DNA of 64,000 bases, taken from the NCBI GenBank assembly GCA_043810775.1, contig JBDRNU010000003.1, positions 1 to 64,000 on the forward strand, read 5' to 3'. Below are positions 1 through 9,100 of this stretch, piece by piece. The stretch comes from an archaeon (lineage in GTDB: Archaea > Nanobdellota > Nanobdellia > Pacearchaeales > GW2011-AR1). The notes under the pieces were generated by a model, which saw only the letters and a list, made by a program, of their open reading frames with translations, was not told the origin of the DNA and ran no database searches. A program made the position numbers and the translations under genes. The number at the start of each line of letters is the position of its first letter. Position 1 is the first letter of the stretch.

Positions 1-772
1 TTAATATTGCAGGAAGAATAGTTATTGAAAGACAAGCATTATATCCATCCACATAATTACTAAAATTCCACTTTTGAGATCCTACTGTTTGATTTAATAT
101 GCTTAATTCATGATGAATATCAAATCCAAAGACATACGAGCTCCTCATTGAAAACATCAACAATAAACTCACTCCAATCATCAATAAAGCCCAGGGAAAA
201 ACATTCTCATTTAACTTATCACTTAATAAAACCACTAAGAAAACATAAACAGCAATACTTCCTAGCATGATCATAGTCAAATAGTTAGGCCCAAAATTAT
301 TCAAAGTTAAAGCTCCAAGAATTGAAATAACAGGGAAAATCATTGGAACTATTATAAAGATTCTGTCGAGCCATGAAAATTTAGGAAAATTAGTTTTAAA
401 CTTTAATTTAGGATTTCTTTTTGATGCAACTGTCATTAAAACTAAAATAAATGCATCAAAACTAACGAGAACTGGAATTAATGAAAGAGGTTTATCAGTT
501 ATATTCAACCAAGGCAGAATCCAATTAATAGCTAGCCCTGCAAACATAATAAAAGCTATACTTAAACCAATTACATAAACAAGATATTCCCAGAAATTAA
601 TCTTCTGAACCTTAAATATAAGCATGATGAGCAATCCTGGAATTGTCATTAGGAAAATGAAGCTCAGGATTGCTCGAATATAAAGGTAATTAATATTGGA
701 TAAAATTAAGATATTTACAATTACCAGAAAGGAAAATATTGCAATTAATATTAGGTTTTTATTTAGTTTCAT
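1..772 (-). CDS. DUF2206-like polytopic membrane protein (3' end runs off window)
   Basis: Not in ORF track. Hand translation from CAT at 770-772: MKLNKNLILIAIFSFLVIV...FLMTIPGLLIM...YVFGFDIHHE...YNACLSITILPAIL, open to window edge; multi-TM; overlaps stop of upstream GT4. Confidence 0.75.
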   Translation of the reverse strand, partial: MKLNKNLILIAIFSFLVIVNILILSNINYLYIRAILSFIFLMTIPGLLIMLIFKVQKINFWEYLVYVIGLSIAFIMFAGLAINWILPWLNITDKPLSLIPVLVSFDAFILVLMTVASKRNPKLKFKTNFPKFSWLDRIFIIVPMIFPVISILGALTLNNFGPNYLTMIMLGSIAVYVFLVVLLSDKLNENVFPWALLMIGVSLLLMFSMRSSYVFGFDIHHELSILNQTVGSQKWNFSNYVDGYNACLSITILPAIL

Positions 773-1943
773 TTTTTGTTTCTTCCTTTATTTTTTGATT
801 ATGTTCGCTTAGAACTTCTTTGTATAATTTAATATACTTCTTTGCTATTTTATTCCAAGAATAATATTCCAAAATACTTTTTCTTCCAAGTGTACCTATT
901 CTTTTCCTTAATTTCCTGCTTTTAGATAGTCTTAATATAGCATCATATAACTGGGTTGAATTCCCTATATCTATTAAAATTCCATTCTTATCATTTTTTA
1001 TTATATTCTCCGCTTCACCAGTCTTTGATGCAATTATTGGTATCTTACATGCCATTGATTCCAATATGGGAATACCGAAACCTTCGAATAAAGAGGGAAA
1101 AATGGTGATATCACAAGCTGAATAATATTTTGGTAAATCTTTATAATCTAATTCACCGACGCATAGAATATTTTTAGATAATTTATTCTTATTTATTTTA
1201 ATTGATAATTCTTTCTCCCACCCTATCTCACGATTTGCCCCAGAAATAATACAAGTGAATTTAATATCATTCTTCTTTAATTTTTTTAATGCCTTGAGAG
1301 CCACTTCTGCGCCTTTCCTTTTTGACCTTGATCCTCCTGGAAAAAATATTAAAATATCCTCTTCAGAATTTTTAATTTTTTTGCTAATTCTTGATTTAGT
1401 GGGTTTGAATAGATTAGTGTCCACACCCTCCAAAATAACAGTCGTCTTTTCAGTTAAATTTGGATACAATTTTAATAATAATTTTTTAGTTGAAGAACTC
1501 ACTGCTATAATTTTTTTTGCTTTCTTTGTAATAATCTTTTCTATAATTAAATCAGGTAGAGAAACTAATTTTTGAAAAAAGTTAAAATTCGGAAAATCAA
1601 ATAAAACTGGGTGATGGATTGTTACTAAAAAAATACCTTTATTAATCAAAGGGAAGCCTGAATAACTATTAGAATGGATAATTGTTTTACTATCTACCTT
1701 TACTTTTTTGACCATGGAAATAAAAAATGAGGGAAGCCTGAATAAAGGTATAGAGATACAATCAAGAAATTTTATTTTGTGAATTTTTTTATTTCCTATT
1801 TTACAATCACTTGGGATAATTATCTGAATAGGTAAATTAGCCCTAACCAAGGCCTTAGATAATTCATAAGCATATACTCCTGCACCTCCACAATATTTGT
1901 CTGAAAACTCTTGCGAAATTAATTTTATATTAATTTTTTCCAT
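759..1943 (-). CDS. GT4 family glycosyltransferase
   Basis: N-terminal GGAG..AYELS, EGVDT, C-terminal PSLFEGFGIPILESMAC motif. Confidence 0.92.
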   Translation of the reverse strand: MEKINIKLISQEFSDKYCGGAGVYAYELSKALVRANLPIQIIIPSDCKIGNKKIHKIKFLDCISIPLFRLPSFFISMVKKVKVDSKTIIHSNSYSGFPLINKGIFLVTIHHPVLFDFPNFNFFQKLVSLPDLIIEKIITKKAKKIIAVSSSTKKLLLKLYPNLTEKTTVILEGVDTNLFKPTKSRISKKIKNSEEDILIFFPGGSRSKRKGAEVALKALKKLKKNDIKFTCIISGANREIGWEKELSIKINKNKLSKNILCVGELDYKDLPKYYSACDITIFPSLFEGFGIPILESMACKIPIIASKTGEAENIIKNDKNGILIDIGNSTQLYDAILRLSKSRKLRKRIGTLGRKSILEYYSWNKIAKKYIKLYKEVLSEHNQKIKEETKNETK

Positions 1944-2860
1944 TTTAGAACTCCGATTATCCTCCCAACATAGTAAGCCAGAATTAAGCTATAATTGATT
2001 ACAATTGCTAATAGAAAACTTAAGATCTTTTTTGATTCAAATTTATATCTTGATCTTATGTGCAAGAAGCTTGTAATTAAAGGGTATAACAAAAATAAAA
2101 CCAAAAATAGATGTGTTTTTAAAAAAATACCTTCAAAAATCATAATTAGTAAAAAAAATATAAAACCAAAAAAGGCCACATCTGGCAATCTTATCTTTTT
2201 ATATTTTTTTATTAATCTTGTGGATCCTTCTCCGCTTTGATATAACCATTTTAATGAGTCTGAATAATCTTTTATACAATTATGTCTAACTATTAAATCT
2301 TTGACTGATTTTAATTTAAAACCTTTATTTTTCAATCGTTCATTTAAATCAAAATCTTCCCCATTACTTAATTTTTTGTTGAAATTTATATTTTTAAAAA
2401 TTTTATTTTTAAAAATCCCATTACTACCTGTTATTTCAGTTGTATGATTAATTAATTTGGGTTTTAAATTGAATTTGTTAAATATATAGGCAACATCTCC
2501 ATCAGGAACCGCGATTCCCCCTACAGCATCATACTTCTTCAGATATCTAAAACAAACATTGAGCCAATTTTTTGGTAGAATAATATCTGCATCTACAAAA
2601 GCAATATAATTTCCTATAGCTTTTTTAACTCCAATATATCTTGCATTACCTCTCCCTTTATTAAGTTTTAAATCGATTAATTTAATATTTTTATTTTTCT
2701 TGATTAAATTTTTAACCACTTGTGAAGTGCTATCTTTTGATGCATCATTAATAACAATTACTTCATAATCTGCTAATTCATTTTGACTAAGAATCGAATT
2801 TATACAATGAGATATATTTGTCTCTTCATTATATGCAATAATTATAAAAGATATTTTCAT
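1925..2860 (-). CDS. GT2 family glycosyltransferase with C-terminal TM helices
   Basis: ISFIIIAYNEE, INDASKD, FVDAD (DxD), GED motif. Confidence 0.92.
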   Translation of the reverse strand: MKISFIIIAYNEETNISHCINSILSQNELADYEVIVINDASKDSTSQVVKNLIKKNKNIKLIDLKLNKGRGNARYIGVKKAIGNYIAFVDADIILPKNWLNVCFRYLKKYDAVGGIAVPDGDVAYIFNKFNLKPKLINHTTEITGSNGIFKNKIFKNINFNKKLSNGEDFDLNERLKNKGFKLKSVKDLIVRHNCIKDYSDSLKWLYQSGEGSTRLIKKYKKIRLPDVAFFGFIFFLLIMIFEGIFLKTHLFLVLFLLYPLITSFLHIRSRYKFESKKILSFLLAIVINYSLILAYYVGRIIGVLKWKKLI

Positions 2861-3981
2861 CCCCTATATACCTCCTCAAATTGAGAGATGATTTTACCCA
2901 AATCATATTTCTTAGCTAAATTTAAGCAATCCTGACTCATATTTCTGCTTGCTGATAGTGTTTGAATTATTTTTCTGGATATATCATTTTCATCTAAACT
3001 TGAGAGAAAACCATTTTCTCCTTGCTTTATAAGAAATCTTGAAGCATTTTCTTTAGCATCAATAGTAACTACAGGAATTCCACAAGCTAGAGCCTCTATA
3101 ACTGAAATTCCAAATCCTTCTCTTGTAGAAGGTAAGACAAAAACTTTTGAAGATTTTATTAAAGCGAGAACATCTTCATTTTTTTCTACAGCTCCTTTGA
3201 AGGTAATATTCTCCTTAATTTTCAACGCCTTTACTATATTTTCTAAATTTTCTCTTTCAGGACCATCTCCAATAATTATACATTTAATATCTGGAAATTT
3301 TTTCTTGATAATTTTTACTGCCTTGATTAAATAATTTACATTTTTGTGACTTAATAATCTGCCAGCAAAGATTATATCTGATTTTTCTTTGCTAGGTTTT
3401 ATTTTCTTGATTTTACTAAAATCAATTCCATTAGTAATAGTTATGATTTTTTTCTTATTGATTTTTAATTTTTTTATTAATTGCTGAGTAGTATTATTAG
3501 ATACAGAAATAATTTTATCTGGAAGCTTTCCTGCAAGTTTTTCAATCCAATATCCAATTATTCCTTTTCTCCCCATATATTCTAACCAATAGTCTTTACC
3601 CCAGACTTCATGCCAGGTGACTATCATTGGCTTTCTTTTAATCAAACATGCAAGCTTAACCGGAAATAGATGGAAATAAACCATATGATCTGCATCAACA
3701 ACATCAAAATCTTCTTTTAATATTTTAAATGCTGAAATCCCAAAGAATAATCCTTGTTTTATTGATCTTCTTTTACTAGTATATAATGGATAATTGTTAC
3801 AGATCCCATGAAATGTAATATTATAATTTTTTATTGTGTTATTTCCTTCCCAAAATTTCATCGTGTAAAAATGAACTTCATATCCTCTCTTTGCAAGATT
3901 GGTTGCTAATTCATAAGAACGAGTTTCCTTTCCACCTTTATTAAAAGGATAAACAGAATCTGACAAAAGAGCAATTTTCAT
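2857..3981 (-). CDS. GT4 family glycosyltransferase
   Basis: YPFNKGGKE, FAGRL, IGDGP, PSTREGFGISVIEALACG. Confidence 0.93.
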   Translation of the reverse strand: MKIALLSDSVYPFNKGGKETRSYELATNLAKRGYEVHFYTMKFWEGNNTIKNYNITFHGICNNYPLYTSKRRSIKQGLFFGISAFKILKEDFDVVDADHMVYFHLFPVKLACLIKRKPMIVTWHEVWGKDYWLEYMGRKGIIGYWIEKLAGKLPDKIISVSNNTTQQLIKKLKINKKKIITITNGIDFSKIKKIKPSKEKSDIIFAGRLLSHKNVNYLIKAVKIIKKKFPDIKCIIIGDGPERENLENIVKALKIKENITFKGAVEKNEDVLALIKSSKVFVLPSTREGFGISVIEALACGIPVVTIDAKENASRFLIKQGENGFLSSLDENDISRKIIQTLSASRNMSQDCLNLAKKYDLGKIISQFEEVYRG

Positions 3982-3982
3982 C

Positions 3983-4699
3983 CTATCGCCTCGGCTTCCA
4001 TTTAATATTTTTAAGAAGCATTGAAGTAATCTTTAAACCATCACTTATTGGAGCTATCTTTGACTCTCCCTTACGCTTATCATAAGTAATAGGAACTGAA
4101 TAAATCCTATTTCCTAACCTAGCCATTTTAGTTATCATCTCGGCTTCAATTGCAAAGCCAGGAGATTTAATATATCCGTTTAAAGTGATAAGAGATTTTC
4201 TTTTCCAGGCAAAAAAGCCAGTACAAGTATCTGTAACATTAGCTTTATAGAAATGCCTTACAATAAAAGTAAAAAACCAGTTAGCAGCTCTATGAGATAA
4301 ACTCATAGAATTTCCATTCATTCTTCCCTCTAACCTAGAGCCTATAATAACATCACAAAAATTATTATATAAAGGCTCAATCATTCTAGGAATCTCAGAA
4401 GCCTTGTAAGTATTATCTCCATCTAGCATTACAATGAAATCAGTATCCTTACTAATATTATCAAAACCAGTATGAAGAGCAGCGCCTTTTCCCTGCTTAC
4501 CCTCAAAAATTACCCTAGCTCCTTTTTTCCTAGCTATCTCACTAGTTCGATCACTAGAATTATTATCAATAACTAATACTTCAATACTATAACCTAGATA
4601 CTTAAGTTCCTTTCTAGGAATAGAATCAATTACTTTTCCTACTCCCTTTTCCTCATTATAGCATGGAATAATCACAGTTAGCTTCTTTAGTTTCTTCAT
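3983..4699 (-). CDS. GT2 polyprenol-phosphate glycosyltransferase (DPM1-like)
   Basis: IIPCYNEE, IDNNSSD, QGKG, MLDGDNTY, IGSR, R.GESK. Confidence 0.9.
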   Translation of the reverse strand: MKKLKKLTVIIPCYNEEKGVGKVIDSIPRKELKYLGYSIEVLVIDNNSSDRTSEIARKKGARVIFEGKQGKGAALHTGFDNISKDTDFIVMLDGDNTYKASEIPRMIEPLYNNFCDVIIGSRLEGRMNGNSMSLSHRAANWFFTFIVRHFYKANVTDTCTGFFAWKRKSLITLNGYIKSPGFAIEAEMITKMARLGNRIYSVPITYDKRKGESKIAPISDGLKITSMLLKNIKWKPRR

Positions 4700-4795
4700 T
4701 TTCCCTTAGTTCGTTTAAACCTAAAATCCTTGAAATTATACTGTAAGAAATGTTTATAAAGCTTACTGTTTTTGTTATTTTATAGTTACAACAAA

Positions 4796-5260
4796 ATGAA
4801 ATATATACTAATTGCAGCTGTAATAATTTTAGGAATTTTCCTATTTTTCTTAATGAAAATTCCAATTGGGATTGAGCCTTTAACTGAGCTATATTTTGAA
4901 AATCATACTAAACTGCCAGTTAATATCTTTCCAGATCAAAAATACAACTTTACATTTACAGTTCATAACCTAGAATACATGGAGATGAACTATAGCTATA
5001 AGATATATGCAGAATATGGAAATATAACTAGCCAGATAGACTATGGAAATTTGCAACTTGAAAATAATCAATCATCTACTATATATGAAGAATTTAGGCT
5101 AGATGAAGAATTTACTAGAGCTAAGATAAATATAGAACTAGAAAGACTTCAAGAAAACCCAAAGCAAAAAGATCCTAACTTAAAAAATCAGACTCTAGAT
5201 ATTCATTTCTGGGTAGATGAGATACAACCTACTAGGATAATATTTACTAACAAAAGTTAG
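4796..5260 (+). CDS. Membrane-anchored protein, DUF1616-like
   Basis: ATG at 4796 preferred over TTG 4772; N-terminal TM then EPLTELYF, V HNLE..NY and LDIHFWV motifs. Confidence 0.6.
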   Translation: MKYILIAAVIILGIFLFFLMKIPIGIEPLTELYFENHTKLPVNIFPDQKYNFTFTVHNLEYMEMNYSYKIYAEYGNITSQIDYGNLQLENNQSSTIYEEFRLDEEFTRAKINIELERLQENPKQKDPNLKNQTLDIHFWVDEIQPTRIIFTNKS

Positions 5261-5334
5261 GATAAGTCAGTAGTGAAAAAATTTATAGTTTAGAGTATAA
5301 TCTTATTTAAATACTGTTTTAGAGTGGTAAAAAA

Positions 5335-6069
5335 ATGAGACTAAGGATAATTTCATTATTAGTAATTTTAGTTTTAGGGCTATTTATGGCAAGCGCCTTA
5401 GTTAGTTCTGATACACTAGTTGGAGGAAAAATATATACTTCTGATTTTTATAATCCTACTTTAGGTGCTGATGTAAAAGTAATATGCATACATAATAATA
5501 TAGAGACTAGCCGTACTGATACTAGCTTAGGAGATGGAACTTATGCTGTTGACTTTCCAGAAAGTGAGTGTACTGAAGGAGATGATGTAAAAGTCTCAGC
5601 TAGTAAAGGAGATTATTCAGGAAGCAGTGAAGGAGTAATAATAAACTGTACTGGAGACGCTTGTGACTCTGATCATGTTGCTATTCAAAATATTGTAATG
5701 AGCTATAATCCAGCTAGTGATGATGACTCAGGAGATGATGATAGTGGTGATGATGGAAGTGGATATTATATCTTGCCTAGATGTTTAGAAGTGTGGGAGT
5801 GTGGAGACTGGTCAGAATGCATTGATAGAACTCAAACTAGAACTTGTAATGAGTTAAATAATTGCACCACTACTTTAATGAAACCAGATGAGCAAGAAAA
5901 CTGTGAAGTTAGTAATTTATTAGGAAATGTGGATCAAGAATTAAGTCCAGGAATACTAGGAGCTGTAGTAGGATTAGGTGGAAGAATAGGAAATATAGGA
6001 TTTATAATTGCTTTAATTATAGCTATTATAATTCTTTCTTTAATTGTAGCTTATATGAGAAAAAAATAA
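5335..6069 (+). CDS. Small anchored surface protein: signal peptide, carboxypeptidase-regulatory-like domain, Cys-rich W..C..WS.C repeat, GAVVGLGGRIGN-TM-basic tail
   Basis: Signal peptide; DGTYAVDF; CLEVWECGDWSEC...QTRTC; C-terminal TM plus RKK. Confidence 0.85.
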   Translation: MRLRIISLLVILVLGLFMASALVSSDTLVGGKIYTSDFYNPTLGADVKVICIHNNIETSRTDTSLGDGTYAVDFPESECTEGDDVKVSASKGDYSGSSEGVIINCTGDACDSDHVAIQNIVMSYNPASDDDSGDDDSGDDGSGYYILPRCLEVWECGDWSECIDRTQTRTCNELNNCTTTLMKPDEQENCEVSNLLGNVDQELSPGILGAVVGLGGRIGNIGFIIALIIAIIILSLIVAYMRKK

Positions 6070-6094
6070 TCTTCATCATTATTGAGTAATACTG

Positions 6095-6151
6095 AAAATT
6101 ATATTCTTTTTTACAACAATCTTTAAATAGTAAAGAGTGTTTAGTTTTCTA
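6095..6151 (+). promoter_or_regulatory. TATA-box promoter duplicated upstream of both giant surface-protein genes
   Basis: CAACAATCTTTAAATAGTAA at 6114-6133 is identical to 13848-13867; begins 38 and 37 nt upstream of the respective ATGs. Confidence 0.7.
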
Positions 6152-9100
6152 ATGAAGTTACTAAGGGACAAAAGAGCTGCGTTAAAATTTTCTATGTTAA
6201 TAGTCGGTATCTTCACTATAATTCTTGTTGGAGCTTATTCTGTGAGTGTAATTGGCCAGGATATTCCTGTAGGTGAAGCTGATACTGGTGTGATTATTCA
6301 AAGTCATGATTCCTATGCTGAATTAGAACCTGAATGGTCTGTTCCTTCTGTTGATAATGATTATACTGTTAAGATTTGTAATGATGGTCCTGATACAATT
6401 GATGAGGTAAGAGTTTACAAGAATGAATTATATGGTGGGTTTGATGATTCAAGTGCTTGTGAACCAAAAACTGGTTGGGAATTAAATTTTATTAATACTA
6501 AAAAAGCTTGTTTTTATGTTGCTGAAAGTTCTTCTTATTATATTGATGGAGGTGAATGCCAGGATTTTGAATTTCATGCTACTGCTCCTTCTGAAGATCC
6601 TGTAGAATGTTTATTACAATGGAAATTTGAAACCAGAGATATTAACGATGTTTGGCATACTATTTATGATACAACTAGTATAGATAGTCATGCTCCTGAA
6701 ACTACTAAAACTCTTGGAAATCCTTTTTATACTGATGGGACTTCTGAATGGATATCTACTTCAACTCCTGTTACTTTAACTGCAGTTGACATGTCATTAG
6801 AATGTGCAATTGGATTAGATAAGACTTGGTATATGAATGTTATTGATTTAACTGAAAATTCTTGCAAATATCCTGATAGAAGCTGCACTCCTATTACTGA
6901 ATTTGATACTGATTTTATTAAAAAATCTCCTCGTGATGAGATTAAATGTGTTGATGAAGTTCAGGAGTATTGTATAGAGGAAAAGCAGTATGAACCTAAT
7001 ACAGAAGATTGGTATGATTGTGTAGAAGAGTATGTTTATGGAAAATGTGAAGTAGATCCTTTATGGAAATTATATAGAGGAGTACAAGTTACTAAAGATG
7101 AAGAATCTTGCCATATTTTCCAGTATTTCTCAGTTGATTATTTAGGAAACGCTGAAGAATATCAAGTAAATTGTTTCTTTGTAGATGATACACCTCCTGT
7201 AGTAGATATAGAAGTTGGAGAGCCTAGTGTGGGATGTGGAGATTTAATAAGGCTAGTTGTAGATGATGATGGGCCAGAAGATTGCTATGTTAGAGATCAT
7301 GTTACACCTATAACTTTAACTTGTGAAGATCAAGGGCCTCATCCAAGTGATAATGTTAAAATTTATTATAGAATATTCCTTGATGATGTATTAGCACAAG
7401 GTTGGGCACTATATGATGAACCAATTATATTTAATGAAGATTCAGAGCATACACTAGAATATTACTGTGTAGATGCTGTTGATAATTATGATGGAACTGA
7501 AAATGATCCATATTCTGCTGAATTCAAGGTAGACAGCCAGCCACCAATAATAGAGAAAGATATGCTTGGTGAAGAGAATATTGACTGGATGGGAGACTGC
7601 CCAAGTGGAAGATATTTAGAGCATGGAGATTGTTATGTTGCTGATAATGGAAGAGGAGGAGTAAGTATTTCTGTTAAAGATGATGATGAGCAATTCCCTC
7701 AATGTGTAGTTGATAACATAAAATGTAATTACACATTATACTGGCAAGCATCAAGAGAAGAATGTGCAGAAGTTAAAGGTGTATGGGATGATTGGTGTTT
7801 AGTTGATAGCGGAGATTTTACAGATTATCAAGAAATTATTTTCCATGAAGATTCTACACATCAACTTGATATTTATTGTGAAGATGCATTAGGAAATCCT
7901 ATTGAAGACCATGAATTTTTCTTAGTTGATTCAACTCCACCTGTAACTGCAAAAGTTTATGGAGTTCCATTTTTCCCAGAAGATATAAATGATCCTGGAG
8001 CATATCCACATTTTATTACTTCAGATTCTTTAATAACTTTAAATGCAAAAGATGCAAAAGTTGGAGTAGATAAAACTTACTGGAGATATATTGTTGTGGA
8101 GGATATATGGTGCCAGAGTGAATTCAGTGGATGTATGAACTATGATGAAGATATTTTAGAGGAATTTGTTGAATACAAAACCCCTGTAACATTACCAGAA
8201 GACTCATGCCACTTAATTGAATTTTATTCTGTAGATTTATTAGGAAATGAAGAAACTTACAATAGACAGTGCGTATTTGTAGATAATAAAGCGCCTGAAA
8301 GTATTAAGAAAATTGGAGAGCCAAAGGTGCAGAGTTGCAATAATGATGAACCTTTGGTTAGAGCTGCTTCTGTAGGTGATGTAGTACATGAATTAGATGT
8401 AAGTCTACTTGATAATCCAGGTTATCCACACCATTGTAGTGTTGGATTAACTTTTGATGGAAATTCACTATATTATGATAATTGTGGAGATTCAAATATT
8501 TATGAAATTGATCCTATAAATGGAGATCTAAGAAATACATTTGATACTGGAATTAGTTATCCAAATGCAATGGCATATGATTCTAAAAGAAATGGTATTT
8601 GGTTTGGAAGTCAGAGTTGTGTTGCTGGTGAAATGCCAATATATTTTTGGGATTTTGATGATGATTCTGTAACTTTAATGTTTAATGTACCAGATGGAGA
8701 ATTATTATATTACTGCTTTACAGACGGATTGGCTTATAATGAGAATGATCCAAATACAGATGCAGATGATGAGATCTGGTTTAGTGATGATGTTGATGAT
8801 ATAATTGGGTTATTTAGACCAGATGGAACATTAGTAGATACCTATAATCCTACTACAATTGATTCATCATTAAGTAGAACTAGTGGACTTGCAGTTGGTG
8901 GTCCTAATTTATATTTAGGAAACAATGGTGGAGGAGATGTATTTAGAGCTGATATTGATTCATGGACTGCACTAGGAGAATTTGCAAGCACTTCAGACAG
9001 AGTAGAAGATATGGCTTGTGATCCAGTTACTTTTTACCCAACAGAAGTTATGTGGGTGAGGCATACTCCTCAATCAAATCCAGATGATGATATAATTACT